DNA of 62,644 nt, counting the filler, from Globobulimina sp. (taxonomy: Eukaryota): NCBI GenBank assembly GCA_003354225.1. It is 43 parts of 43 records of this genome, joined end to end, with 100 filler letters (N's around TTAATTAATTAA, not from the genome) between each part and the next. Parts side by side here need not be neighbours in the genome. Positions count along the whole stretch, not along the records: positions 1 to 1,361 come from PIVH01017956.1; positions 1,462 to 2,821 come from PIVH01017957.1; positions 2,922 to 4,281 come from PIVH01017958.1; positions 4,382 to 5,741 come from PIVH01017959.1; positions 5,842 to 7,201 come from PIVH01017960.1; positions 7,302 to 8,661 come from PIVH01017961.1; positions 8,762 to 10,121 come from PIVH01017962.1; positions 10,222 to 11,581 come from PIVH01017963.1; 35 more parts are not named here. One strand, 5' to 3'. The number at the start of each line of letters is the position of its first letter. Positions within the stretch are counted from its first letter, which is position 1. Both the position numbers and the translations under genes were made by a program. The notes beneath the pieces are model-generated. The model worked only from the letters and a program-made list of their open reading frames with translations. It had not been told where the DNA came from and ran no database searches. Shown piece by piece: positions 1 to 11,681 of the stretch.

Positions 1-563
1 ATATCGTTTTGCAGGCAGCCCAAATCTCTCATTTCGTAACAGGTTGAATGACATATTTAACAGGTTGAATCTCTCATTTCGTAACTTGAACAGGTGGAGA
101 TCCAGAAAAACACAAAATGAACAACAGATTTCGTAAACAGAAAAACAGATTTTGATACAGATTTTAGGTAGAATGACTTGAACGAATATTGTTGTTTAAA
201 TAGTATTAAATACATTAATTATTATAAAATTGCAAAGCATCTTGCAGTGCAAAGTTGGTTTTATGATGCCATTTTTTAATAATGTTTACTGCTCTTACTG
301 CACATCGACATGCTATGCTTGATGTGCAGATTTCCCTAGATCACGTTTTTTTAGTAACTTAAATCTTTCAGTGCCAGAATTGCTCAGTGTTGCTATATTT
401 ATGGTGTTTCATTGTGGGAAGCAATAAATATCAGATTGAATAAATATCAGATTGATTGAGTGGAGAATTTGATATTGATTTAAATTAAATTTGATGAGAT
501 ATGCAAAGGATTTGAAGGGACGTTTTATAGGAGGGGTATATTTGGTGTGCGCTTTAAATAGAA

Positions 564-1126
564 TAGTACGGGGTGTACTATTTGTGTCCCTCAACGAACC
601 TGTAAAAAAAGAAAAAGAAAGGGAAAAATGCTCCAGTTCCTGATGTAAAAATATGCATAACTTATTGCAAGGCGTTGTATTTTCATAAGAAATATATAAA
701 AAATTCATTTTTGCTAAGAAACGCTGCATCTTTTTTATGCATCCTTGCACTTTATAACTATTAGCCCCTAGCATCCTTGCACTCAACGATATATTCCAAA
801 AGATGCCCTCCCTAAGTTGTATACATTTAATTCAATTATCTGAGAAACGCTTTGCAAATCCAGAAACGGTTTTCTATAGGTTAGTCTTTGGTTTGTTCTG
901 TGTTTGTTATAACTTTGTGTTGGGTTTGCAAATCCAGAACAAAGTCAGAACAAATTAATAATTGAATTTTCGGTATACAAAGGGGGGGGGTTATCTTTTG
1001 GAATATATCGTTCAGACATATATAAGAAAAAAAGATGCATATTTTTCCAACCACCGGCGCATATTTCCCCCCTTTCTTTTACCCATTGAGGTGTAGCTCC
1101 TACACAATATATTACACCGTGTACTA
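564..1126. mobile_element. Degenerate long inverted repeat (old non-autonomous DNA element) enclosing a smaller foldback
   Basis: Left arm TAGTACGGGGTGTACTATTTGTGT...GTAAAAATATGCAT aligns with the reverse complement of the right arm (TAGTACACGGTGTAATATATTGTGT...GGAAAAATATGCAT). Confidence 0.45.
785..1012. mobile_element. MITE-like element with terminal inverted repeats
   Basis: Perfect 20-bp IR AACGATATATTCCAAAAGAT (785-804) / ATCTTTTGGAATATATCGTT (993-1012), extending imperfectly to ~55 bp. No clear TSD. Confidence 0.6.
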
Positions 1127-1361
1127 CTAAACGGTTATTAATGTAAACTAACTTTTTCTTAAGTCTCCAAACTCAAAACTTGAGTTTAATGTCACACAAA
1201 GTGGAATAATGGGAATATTGCGAAGAATGAGGAATAGTGTGAAACAATTGTTAGAATTATAGATTAATCGAAAGATGCCTCTCTTACTAGTATCTCATTA
1301 TTATTTTTATGCTGATATCTCGCAATCCATCCATCCATCCAATGGTGACAACGGTGTGTCC

Positions 1362-1461
1362 NNNNNNNNNNNNNNNNNNNNNNNNNNNNNNNNNNNNNNN
1401 NNNNNTTAATTAATTAANNNNNNNNNNNNNNNNNNNNNNNNNNNNNNNNNNNNNNNNNNNN
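1362..1461. other. Artificial contig linker (first of 42 identical linkers)
   Basis: 44 N + TTAATTAATTAA (stops in all six frames) + 44 N, recurring every ~1,460 nt. Flanking contigs decrease from 1361 to 1358 bp. Confidence 0.99.
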
Positions 1462-1511
1462 CCTTCCATTCCTATTAAACATTAATAAGTCCTCTGATAC
1501 ACTGTCAACCA

Positions 1512-2821
1512 GTGACTGTCGAACGGGTACAAATACACAAAATGTACCGGCCATATCCGGATCTGCCGCCAGATTTATCCATCGATGATGCGCCAGTCAC
1601 ACCGGTCAAAGCCATAAATAATAAGAAAGGTGCCAGTCCCTCACAAAATGAATTAGAATTCCCAGCGGGCGATGCTTTGGTATTTACAACGTTAACCCAA
1701 TGGGAAAGCGACATTGCCGATGATCCATTATTGGCACTACCAAACACCAGAGACTCTGCGAAACCACTACAAAAACAACCGTCTAAACCCACGGTACCTA
1801 CAAAATTATTCATTGGGTCAATAGCAGACTCCGTTAAACGACGACACCGCAAGAAACCTGGACAAAATCACAAGAAAAGACGGTGTCCGCAATACAATCA
1901 AAAGGACAATGATGAAGACGAATTTTTAGTTTCTCAGTTACGGAAACGGCGGAAAAAGACGGTCGAAAATGCCAGTAATGGCATATTGGCCCTTCAAGAC
2001 GTTGAATGTGATGAAACATTCATTGATGACGCAGCATTTGCAGCGAATATGGACGTTGATGATGACAATAAACAAAATAATATTATTAAAGCGAGTTAGT
2101 TGAAGAAGAAAAGCATATTAATGATGATATCGAATGTAATAAATGTGCGGAAAAATCGAGCGACCCATTGTTGTGCTGCAGGAAATGTCACATTGCAGTT
2201 CATGTGAAATGCGGCAATTTATTGAAAAATGAGCAAGTTTTTATTGATTCATTTGTATGTAATTCCTGCACCGATCGCACATCGAGAACGACCTACAAAT
2301 GTGACATCGCAGACTGTCCAATGTTTAGTAAGTCGTACAAATATCGAGGTGTATTCATAAAGCATTTTATTCGCCATTATGAGTCGCACAAAGATAGCAG
2401 CTTCAAATCTGTATTTGGTTATATTCAGTGTCATGGCCATGAATGTAACAGAATAATTAAACAAAATGCAAATTTAAATATGTGTTCGTTATGTTACAAT
2501 ATCCACACTTTCCAATCATTGAACCACTGCGACGATTACATCCCATTACAATGTGATGACTCAGCAACATTTTCAGATGGAAAAGAAGAGGAAAAAGGTG
2601 TGGTTTTGGAGGATAATGACAGCGCGATGACCAATGAGCAGTTATTAGAAGATGTGGCAAAGACAAATATTTATAAAACCGAGAATTTCCCGGATAAGCA
2701 CGTCGTGCAAATTGGCCAATTATTCGTATCAATTTTAAAACAATGTATTAATAAAAGAACGCAAAATAGTTTGATTCCTTGGATCAAATTTTTTATGTTA
2801 TTTAAAATATTCCGACAAAAA
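1512..2821 (+). mobile_element. Probable non-LTR (CRE-like) retrotransposon ORF N-terminus with PHD and Cys/His fingers; frameshift near 2090; 3' partial
   Basis: Low-complexity ORF 1512-2099. The frame from 2093 encodes a complete PHD finger (CNKC...CRKC..HVKC...CNSC) and a C2H2-like finger, ending in PWIKFFMLFKIF, which resembles the pre-RT motif of CRE elements. Confidence 0.45.
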
Positions 2822-2921
2822 NNNNNNNNNNNNNNNNNNNNNNNNNNNNNNNNNNNNNNNNNNNNTTAATTAATTAANNNNNNNNNNNNNNNNNNNNNNN
2901 NNNNNNNNNNNNNNNNNNNNN

Positions 2922-3089
2922 GATTTTAAAAGGGATAAAACACATGATAAAATACAGGAAATCGTTCCAAAGGAATTTATGTATGATCTTCATGTGAATT
3001 TTGTCATGCATGGACGAAATGTGTGCACTTCTAAGACTCCACGCTGTAACCTCTGTGTTATTAGTGATTTATGTCCATACCATAAATGA
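2922..3089 (+). CDS. nth: Endonuclease III family C-terminus (bacterial, 5' partial)
   Basis: LHVNFVMHGRNVCTSKTPRCNLCVISDLC: HGR plus the C-x6-C-x2-C-x5-C 4Fe-4S motif. Not in the ORF track. Confidence 0.85.
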   Translation, partial: DFKRDKTHDKIQEIVPKEFMYDLHVNFVMHGRNVCTSKTPRCNLCVISDLCPYHK

Positions 3090-3616
3090 TTAACATCAGC
3101 AGGCTGAAACATAACAAACAGTGAGATGGACTGTTCGTGATATCCGTAACGTTAAAATCTGAGATCACCAAATCATATACCAATAATTTTCCGGAAACTC
3201 ACCACCTGCATATTTTCATTTAATCACAGGTCGCTGATAAAATTCATAGATTACAGACTACTTTAATGTACATGCAGTCCTGAAAATTAAGGCTTCACAC
3301 CAGATTAGATTTCCTAATCTCAACAATTGCCGGATAATTTCTGAGAAATTAAATTCCTTCCATATCATGTCAGAATATATACAACGGGCAGCATACGGTA
3401 GGATTCACAGCACATGCAAGAGACAAATTTGATGACCATTTTGACGTTAAAGCCTTGCCGACAGAGAATATAGCTTATTTTCGAAGGGCAATAATTAAGC
3501 TAAAACAGACACTTAGCATTTTTTGTTAATTTTTTTTTCAGAAACTCTGAGCGGAATTGAGTTTATCCGCTATAATACCAATAGGGAACAAAAAATATTA
3601 ATTGCGAGGTGCCAAA

Positions 3617-3916
3617 ATGAGAAGGGTTGACAATAACATCAGGGGGAAAAAACAATTAAAAAACGAAAAAGACTTTTATGCAAAGAAACAGAAAGTGAAA
3701 TTTAAAAATTTGAGGGCGCTTTCAATTGAATATTCTATATCGGTCGTCACACTTAGAAAATTTGTGAAGTTGGGATTGCCTCATTACAAAGTGGGCAGAA
3801 AAATTCTGGTTAAACCGGAAGACTTTGAAACATGGTTTGAACAATATAAAGTCTGTCCAGTTGATGAGCGCAGAAATTTAAAAAGAATTTTTGAAAAAAC
3901 ATTTACGGAAATGTAA
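3617..3916 (+). CDS. Excisionase-like HTH DNA-binding protein
   Basis: SISVVTLRKFVKLGLPHYKVGRKILVKPEDFETW is an excisionase/HTH_17 pattern. GAGGT RBS upstream; directly precedes an integrase-like ORF. Confidence 0.8.
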   Translation: MRRVDNNIRGKKQLKNEKDFYAKKQKVKFKNLRALSIEYSISVVTLRKFVKLGLPHYKVGRKILVKPEDFETWFEQYKVCPVDERRNLKRIFEKTFTEM

Positions 3917-3998
3917 TAGTATTATTGAAATCAGCCGACTCCTTTGTTACTCTGCTCCCGCAATTATGCGCCAGGGTTAATTAAAGGAGGTAAATTGT

Positions 3999-4281
3999 AT
4001 GCCCTGGAGAAAATACATGCCCAAAGATGGGAAACATGGTCCAATTTACAGTATAGTCCGCGGATTACAGGTTAGGCTGTCTTCCAAAGGCAAATGGACT
4101 GTTTTTTTCGAGAAAAACGGACAACGGATGAATAAGACTATCGGAACTGGTAGAGAAAATCTTGCAATTGCTATTAAAATGGCGGAATCTTTTGCAAATG
4201 AGATTGCTAATGAACCTTTTATGCAGGTTCCGAGAATCCAAAAAACAGTATCACCGTTATTCGATGATAAAAGCAAGGAAT
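3999..4281 (+). CDS. Tyrosine integrase N-terminal arm-binding region (3' partial)
   Basis: AAGGAGG RBS at 3984-3990; KGKWTVFFEKNGQRMNKTIG...AIKMAE beta-sheet/helix arm domain pattern; follows the excisionase. Catalytic domain not visible. Confidence 0.65.
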
Positions 4282-4381
4282 NNNNNNNNNNNNNNNNNNN
4301 NNNNNNNNNNNNNNNNNNNNNNNNNTTAATTAATTAANNNNNNNNNNNNNNNNNNNNNNNNNNNNNNNNNNNNNNNNNNNN

Positions 4382-5418
4382 CGGCGCCCGCCGCTCGCTC
4401 CAGGCCTTTCATCGCCACTTTGTGTTGAACCACTGAGCCCAATACCACCCGAATAGATTGTATTATGTTCAAAAATATTAAAATCTCCGCCTGGGGCTCC
4501 ATTAGCACTATTAACCTTAATTGCCTTATTATTGACACCCAAAACATTATCATGAACATTGGCATAATTGCAATTTAAATCCATGGCGTTTCTGCCCGTA
4601 TTCTCAATAAAATTATATGCTATTTCCAAGTCAGTTGTATTATCTCCATCAGCATTTTGGTGTTTATAATAAATACCAATTGGGAAATTACTTATTTCGT
4701 TATTTAATAGTTTGATATTGTTGACACTTTTCAAATAGATTCCACATGTATTTTGATGAATTTCGGAGCCAAATCCGGGGCCATTGAGTTTGCAATTTTC
4801 TATAGTTGTATACTCGCAAAGTGATCCAATCAGTTTTATTCCTGCTGCATTATCTCCTCCACGATTTCGGGAAATGTTTAAGTTGCGGAATGTGCAATGA
4901 AAAGCCCCTGCATTTTGTCCTACCGAAAAAACGATGCCTGCATTTATAAAAGTTATTTCTTCCCATATCCAATAATCCCTGCCATCAAGCTCAATGTAGG
5001 TGTCTAGCAATTTGCAATCTACAATCACCTCTTCGTTTTGGTAATTAGTGAAAATAACTGGTTGTTCTTCCGTACCGCTTTCACACTCAACTAATTCGTC
5101 AGGATTTCCACCATATTCCCTTCTTCCATAATCCCATCTGGGGAAAAGTTTATACTTTGGAGTATAAGTGCCACCTCTCACATAAAGAACATCACCTTGT
5201 TTAACCTGATAAACACCATGCTCGATGGTTGCCCATGGATGGTCGATATCATTGTCTTCATAAGTAATACTATTGTCGCCATTAATTGCAACAAATAGTT
5301 CTTTGTGAACATTTTGATAGTTATCAGTGTCAATATCCGGGTTTGCCGAATTTTTATCGCAGGCAGAAATATAAGCCAGGAATGAAATGATTAGTGCTAA
5401 TTTTAAGATTGTTTTCAT
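4382..5418 (-). CDS. Bacterial lipoprotein with right-handed parallel beta-helix repeats (3' partial)
   Basis: Lipobox signal (LAYISA-C); PWATIEHGV...GDVLYVRGGTY motif; repeated I.NC/NN.I beta-helix rungs. Confidence 0.8.
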
Positions 5419-5918
5419 ATAAGTGCTAGTTGGTTAAAATAATCAATAGGGTCAAATTTTCTTAAATATATTGCAAGTTTTTGTCTCTTTTCAGCGTGAA
5501 TAATTTGCAACAAATGCTGCAATTGAGGCATTTGTTCTAAATGCACCTCATTATTTTGCTCTAAAGTGGGATATTTTCCTCAATTAAAGAAATAAATCTT
5601 GCTTTTGATAAATAGTTCATTTTCAGTAACAAATAAATGAATATGAGTTTGTAAAAGGTGATAATTGTCATTGATTTTAAATCATTGCAGGTGAGCACAA
5701 TATGTAGTACGTTTGTATTAGTCAGCACATTAATTCATCATNNNNNNNNNNNNNNNNNNNNNNNNNNNNNNNNNNNNNNNNNNNNTTAATTAATTAANNN
5801 NNNNNNNNNNNNNNNNNNNNNNNNNNNNNNNNNNNNNNNNNTGTAATTCCGCCATTTTAAACATAAGCGTATTGGATTCTGATAGTATATCTGATGAAGT
5901 AAATCTGTTTGCTGTAGT

Positions 5919-6497
5919 ATGTTGCTTTCATTTCCTTTGTATTGTTGTACTCTATGTTTGCAAATATGTGACTATGAAAAGGGTGCATGTACGCTGGGAG
6001 CTGATGCTTCCGGAGATGATATCTCACAGAAAATGGAATGTGTAGATGGTGAGATATTTCAATACGTCTATGCCAATGCAAATTGCAGTGACGAACCATT
6101 TAAAACCAACCATGACGATATTGTAGGATATTGCGGTGGTACTGATTGCGAGGAATATGCACAAATAAAAACCTATTTAAATCCATCAAATGGCTCATGT
6201 TCAATTGTCGACGGATGGCTTATTTTGCCACTGTTAATGTCTGACTGTTATGAATATAGCTTTGGTCAAAGCCAAGCGCAATCATTTAAATTTTTATGTG
6301 ATATGGAAACGGTGAATTTGGGTATATTTGACAGCAATGATTGTTCAGATGGAAGATACACTGCATATCAAATATATAGACATGAAAAGTGTGTCGATGG
6401 CGAATATTCGGAAATTTTAGAATGTCCTGAAAATGTTGCTGCGAAACTGAGTGTTCAGATTTGTATCATTATGGTTGTCATAACATTGGTATTTTAA
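5919..6497 (+). CDS. Cys-rich secreted / surface-anchored protein
   Basis: Hydrophobic N-terminus, many Cys, hydrophobic C-terminal tail (GPI-like). Confidence 0.65.
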   Translation: MLLSFPLYCCTLCLQICDYEKGACTLGADASGDDISQKMECVDGEIFQYVYANANCSDEPFKTNHDDIVGYCGGTDCEEYAQIKTYLNPSNGSCSIVDGWLILPLLMSDCYEYSFGQSQAQSFKFLCDMETVNLGIFDSNDCSDGRYTAYQIYRHEKCVDGEYSEILECPENVAAKLSVQICIIMVVITLVF

Positions 6498-6641
6498 TTT
6501 GTTTTTCTAATTTTCTTTGTGTTTAATTGTATGTTTTTCACTTATTTTTATTTTTCTACTCTTTTTTTTGTTTTGTTTTTTTTTTTTTCATTAGAAGTCC
6601 GTTTAAGTCCGTTTTTCTTGCACAGCACAAACATTTCTGAT

Positions 6642-7112
6642 TTACGGATTCATAGCAATATATTTCATGTATTTAGGATTATTAACAAGATAATCGGTAG
6701 GTTTTCTGCAGTCTCTTGCTGATTTTTTTAATTGAGCAATAAACTTAGCTTTCCTTCGCCTTCTGATTGCTTGTATCACTTCATTTTGCCTCCTTCGGCT
6801 TGCTTTTACTTTCAAATGGAATCGATTTGTACTTTTTCTGTCTTTTTTAGCTCTGCATCTAACTAATCTACGATGCATTGCTGACGATATACAGGTGTAT
6901 GATTTATAGCGTATTTTAGGAATTCTACATTTATCATAATATGATGCATCTTTCAAGTCTTTCTGTGCTGAGGGATCACAAATATTTCGAGTTAAATACT
7001 TTATGATTGCTTTATCTTTGGGTACAACAGCTCCAGATATATCACAACGTACATATTTGTTAGAACCTCTGTTGTGTCTGCATTTTCCTCCATTTTTTCT
7101 TTTCTTTGTCAT
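6642..7112 (-). CDS. RPS26: 40S ribosomal protein eS26 (divergent, basic C-terminal extension)
   Basis: MTKKRKNGG...VRC...VPKDKAI...RNI...PKI...C...AMH..VR.R..KDRK matches the eS26 signature. Confidence 0.93.
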   Translation of the reverse strand: MTKKRKNGGKCRHNRGSNKYVRCDISGAVVPKDKAIIKYLTRNICDPSAQKDLKDASYYDKCRIPKIRYKSYTCISSAMHRRLVRCRAKKDRKSTNRFHLKVKASRRRQNEVIQAIRRRRKAKFIAQLKKSARDCRKPTDYLVNNPKYMKYIAMNP

Positions 7113-7672
7113 GTTCCGATGGTTTTTTTTTAGTTAGCTTTTATTAATATACTTACTATAAAAATATTGTATACATTGTACAAGAAACTCAACACGCAAT
7201 GNNNNNNNNNNNNNNNNNNNNNNNNNNNNNNNNNNNNNNNNNNNNTTAATTAATTAANNNNNNNNNNNNNNNNNNNNNNNNNNNNNNNNNNNNNNNNNNN
7301 NCCATAATCAAAATTTTCGAATAACAGATGCCCCGGCTACCCTGAGTGTGAAAATTTAGGTAGTCGTGCAAAGCTCTCAAGTGCGTCCAGCAACAAAAAT
7401 GGGAGAAAAAGCCAAAAACTTAGCTCAAATTTGGGCCAATAATCTTAAATTGGAATGAAGTTATCAGTAAATTTCGGCCGACTAAGAAGAATAGACGAAA
7501 AATAGTATAATTGGATTAATTATTGGTTAAAAACCAGGAAAAAAAGAATACTTTTACCTTATTTCTAACACAAGTTTGAGGTTTAAACAAAATTCTATAT
7601 GAATTACAAGAAAATCAATAATCATTGGGGTTAATCAAAAGTTTTTGAAAGATAAATAAGGATTGAAAAATA

Positions 7673-8661
7673 ATGTGCGGTATTAATGGAATGATAAAAT
7701 ATAATGGAGCTGTCGACTTTTCTGTTATTGATGATATGAATAAGACCCTTAATCACAGAGGCCCAGATGGAACCGGCAAATATATCAGTAAAAATCATAT
7801 TTGTGCATTGGGTCATGTGCGTCTTAGTATCATAGATGTTGAAGGAAGCGCCCAACCGATGTGTAATGAGAATGAAAAAATTTGGATATCATATAATGGT
7901 GAAATATATAATTATCGGGAACTTAAAAAAGAGCTTATTGAAAAAGGACATACATTTCGCACGAAAGGTGATACTGAGGTTTTAATACATTTGTACGAGG
8001 AGTATGGCACTGATATGTTAAAGTATTTATATGGCATGTTTGCTTTTGGAATATGGGATGAAGAAAAAAACATATTATTTCTAGCGCGTGATCGTATTGG
8101 TGTTAAACCTTTGTTTTTTTTTCTTAAAAAGGATGGCATTACTTTCTCGTCGGAACAAAAAGGAATTTTTAAAGATCCGGAAGTAACAAAAGAGATAGAT
8201 GAAGAAGGCATTTGGCATTATTTAACATTTAGATCTGTACCGGCCCCTAGAACACTTTATTCCGGTGTAAATAAATTGTTGCCGGGTCATTACCTTTTAT
8301 ACAAAAAAGACAGTATTAAAATTAAAACCTATTGGGATATCCCAATAACCGGAACCAAATTGACAGATAACAGCGATTCAGACCTCATAGAAATGACCGA
8401 AAACATACTTAAGAAATCGATCGAGCGTAGGCTGATAAGCGATGTTCCTTTGGGAGCGTTTTTGAGTGGTGGGGTGGATTCTAGCCTAATCGTTGCCTTA
8501 ATGAGTCAAATGTCAAATGAACCGGTTAAGACATACTCGGTTGGTTTTAAAAATTATCGGGATTCCGAAACACCATATGCGAGAATTGTAGCTGAACAGT
8601 ACAAAACCGATCACCATGAATTGAATTTAGATGAAGAAATTTACTTAGATAATTTATCAAC
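7673..8661 (+). CDS. asnB: Asparagine synthase (glutamine-hydrolysing), bacterial, 3' partial
   Basis: MCGI N-terminal nucleophile; HRGPDG; RLSIID; NGEIYNY; ARDRIGVKPL; LSGGVDSS. Confidence 0.96.
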
Positions 8662-8761
8662 NNNNNNNNNNNNNNNNNNNNNNNNNNNNNNNNNNNNNNN
8701 NNNNNTTAATTAATTAANNNNNNNNNNNNNNNNNNNNNNNNNNNNNNNNNNNNNNNNNNNN

Positions 8762-9634
8762 TTTGTGCTGCTCTCTCCATTTTCGTTGTTGTCGCACAAA
8801 TTGATCCGTAATCTGAGAGAATTTCACAAAAACCGCATCTAAAACGCCTTCAATATCGCCTTTTTTCTGTAATTTAATACAATCCGTTTGATCATCAATG
8901 AAATCCAGTTTAATTTGCTTAAATTTGATCAAAATCATATTTAATTTATGCCGTAGTTTGCTTTCGATTTTAGTTAACAAACTATGATCTTTTCGTAAAC
9001 AATTACGCGATTTTCTCAATTCCTTATTTTCTGATTTCAATCTCTTTAATAATGCGTTATCATTAATATTATTCTCATCCATATTCATATCGTCATCGGA
9101 TACCAATCTCTCTCTGTTTCGTGAGACGGAGTGGCTTCGTTTTGTAGCTTTTTTTTTAGGTTTACGTGAATGAGTTGGTATTGGTGCCGGTGTACTATTT
9201 ATATTATCATTGTTATCCGAATCAGACTCGGTTTTATTATCATCGGTATCATTGACATAAGCCTCATAATCTATAAATTTATAGACAGAGGAACTATTTG
9301 TTCGTGCATTTGCTTTCTTTCTTTTTCGTTTCGATGGTGATATTGGCTGCGACATTCTTGTTCGATTTGAGAAACGCGGCGAATGCCGTATGAGTGAGGA
9401 TGCTTTGATTATTGATTTTTTTTTGGTTTTATTTGATTTTGACGATTTCGATGATTTTCGCGCCGATTTACTTGGCGATATAGAAGTTACGCTCTCTTCG
9501 AGACGTACTGGATTGACTGGGAATGATTTCTTCTTTTTTTTTGTTGTTGATTTTTTTTGTTTTTTGATGGTAAATGTTGCTCCAATTCGATCCATATCAG
9601 TTGACGGTCTACGACGAGTAGAATCGGTTGACAT
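8762..9634 (-). CDS. Lys/Ser-rich low-complexity protein with coiled coil (3' partial)
   Basis: Open frame from ATG 9634 to the contig end; no recognisable family. Confidence 0.6.
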
Positions 9635-9718
9635 TATGAGCTCTTTTAATAACAGAAAGCAGAGTGGTTCAAACACAAATAAAAAACTTCACTCAACACA
9701 TTTTCCTTTTTGTGCATA

Positions 9719-10121
9719 ATGTGTTTGTGTTGTAAACAGAGAACTATTGATCCATCAATTCAATACAGTGAACACGCACAATCACTATCAGCACATAAAC
9801 CATATTACAGCTCATTTCAAGTGCTAATCTTTTATGTATTGTTAACCATATTTGGCATTGGATTGTTGGGATTATCCTATTATTTTCTTACATGGTTAAC
9901 ACCCTGGGATTGGAAGGGAACACCATCACAATTATGGGGTGCTACATTGTATACATTTCTATTTCCATTGGCATTCATGTCTACAGTGAGTGGTATTTGT
10001 GGCATGATCTTAATACAATAAATACCTGCGAGTACACGTGCAATGATCATGTGTTTCTTTGCTGTTCTATGTCTATTCATTAGTATTTTCTCTTTATGTC
10101 CTCCCATGTTTAACGGCTATC
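9719..10121 (+). pseudogene. Multi-pass membrane protein interrupted by an in-frame TAA (10019-10021)
   Basis: Hydrophobic helices continue in the same frame after the stop (IPASTRAMIMCFFAVLCLFISIFSL). Confidence 0.5.
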
Positions 10122-10252
10122 NNNNNNNNNNNNNNNNNNNNNNNNNNNNNNNNNNNNNNNNNNNNTTAATTAATTAANNNNNNNNNNNNNNNNNNNNNNN
10201 NNNNNNNNNNNNNNNNNNNNNAAAAAATGTTAATTATTTCCAGAAAAGAATA

Positions 10253-10558
10253 ATGAAAGGACAAGGATATATAGAATATTCATATGTTTATAATTCTGGA
10301 GAAAAAACCTATACCAGTACTGTTAATTATTATTGTTCTCATGTATTATGTGGCGGTGATGGAAAAGCAATAAGAAAAACGATTCAAACTTCGATCTATG
10401 AGGAACAAAACGAATTTCCTAAAGGTCTTTACTTCAGATTTGAATCTGATTTTATTAAACATGTATACGAAGAACATTATAACGAAAAAATTGTTCAAAA
10501 ACCTTACGTAACTGGATTAGATCAAGAAATCGATTGGTATAATTTTTATTTTATATAA
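10253..10558 (+). CDS. Hypothetical protein, probably degraded
   Basis: AT-rich ORF; coding-like sequence continues in another frame to ~10744. Confidence 0.3.
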   Translation: MKGQGYIEYSYVYNSGEKTYTSTVNYYCSHVLCGGDGKAIRKTIQTSIYEEQNEFPKGLYFRFESDFIKHVYEEHYNEKIVQKPYVTGLDQEIDWYNFYFI

Positions 10559-11016
10559 ACAAAATTTATAAAAAAGGAATTTTAGGTTTTGTTCTTCTTA
10601 CTTGTCGAAAGTCAGAGTCAATGATTATTCTACAAATCTAAATGATATGTTTCGTATGACAGAATATGGAAATATTTGTAAAACATTTCAAGAACCAGAA
10701 GATGTGTACGATTTTAATTTGAATAATATTTTTGGTGATATATGATATAGTTTTTGATTAAAATGATCTAGGTAGAAAAAAAATAAATGGTATATTTGGG
10801 GAAAAAAATAACTGAGTAAAATTAAAAATATGATAGTTTTGTTAATTGTATCGTATAAATATTATTATATTTAATAAATATAGAATAATTCTGTATTACT
10901 GATATAATGAAAGTATTGTAAAAAAATATTTTAAAAAGAAAACTCGCGTGAGAAGAAACTGAACCAAGAATAAAATTTTTTTGATAAGCAAGTATCGTGA
11001 AATAATACTCTAACTA

Positions 11017-11569
11017 CAGGGTGCGGCACCTAAGACTTCACAAAAGTAAAACATTCCTATTCACCAAGGAAGTGAGCGATTGTGCTGAAAGTTGAAAGGT
11101 ACACTCTCTGAAGGTACAATTTTTTCGTATTAAAATATCAGACCTCTAGCTCAAAGGGTTCCCGAGGTGTGTACATGAAGGTTAAATTTTGAATTTCGAA
11201 CGTGAAATGTGTTTTAGAAACCAAATATTATTTATTTCATAAAAGTTTCAATTGCTTGGTGAGACATGATTTTTAATACCGAAACTAATATCACCAAACG
11301 AATTCTTCGTCAAAAGTTGCAATACGCTTCCTAAGTTCACTTTTTATGGTCAATAGCCTACATTCTGCACAGATTTCTGCGCAAATAGCAGAAATATCCA
11401 TTTTTTCAAATGCTCATATGTCAGCATCGTTTTGATATACAGATTCAATATTTTAACACGATAAAAGTGTGTGTTCCACGAGTCTGGGTTTCAAATTTCA
11501 CCCAAATCGTATGCTTCGTTGGCGAATGAGAATGTTTTACTTTTGTGAAGTCTTAGGTGCCGCACCCTG
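11017..11569. mobile_element. Complete non-autonomous Tc1/mariner-type element (MITE), 553 bp
   Basis: Perfect 40-bp TIRs CAGGGTGCGGCACCTAAGACTTCACAAAAGTAAAACATTC (11017-11056 / 11530-11569); TA target duplication on both sides; imperfect subterminal IR for ~100 bp more; no ORF. Confidence 0.92.
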
Positions 11570-11681
11570 TATTTCAAAGCGNNNNNNNNNNNNNNNNNNN
11601 NNNNNNNNNNNNNNNNNNNNNNNNNTTAATTAATTAANNNNNNNNNNNNNNNNNNNNNNNNNNNNNNNNNNNNNNNNNNNN

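Noticed and set aside
1118-1129. AGTAGT-like terminus as a Polinton end
   Set aside because: Only six bases match, the opposite arm differs, and there are no Polinton genes.
1406-1417. Regularly spaced TTAATTAATTAA as a biological repeat or array
   Set aside because: Always centred in 88 Ns; it is an assembly concatenation linker.
10019-10021. TAA reassignment or readthrough (in-frame TAA here and near 22556)
   Set aside because: TAA terminates conserved genes elsewhere (eS26, GPR, MPPED), and long conserved ORFs contain no in-frame TAA. Pseudogenisation or error is simpler.
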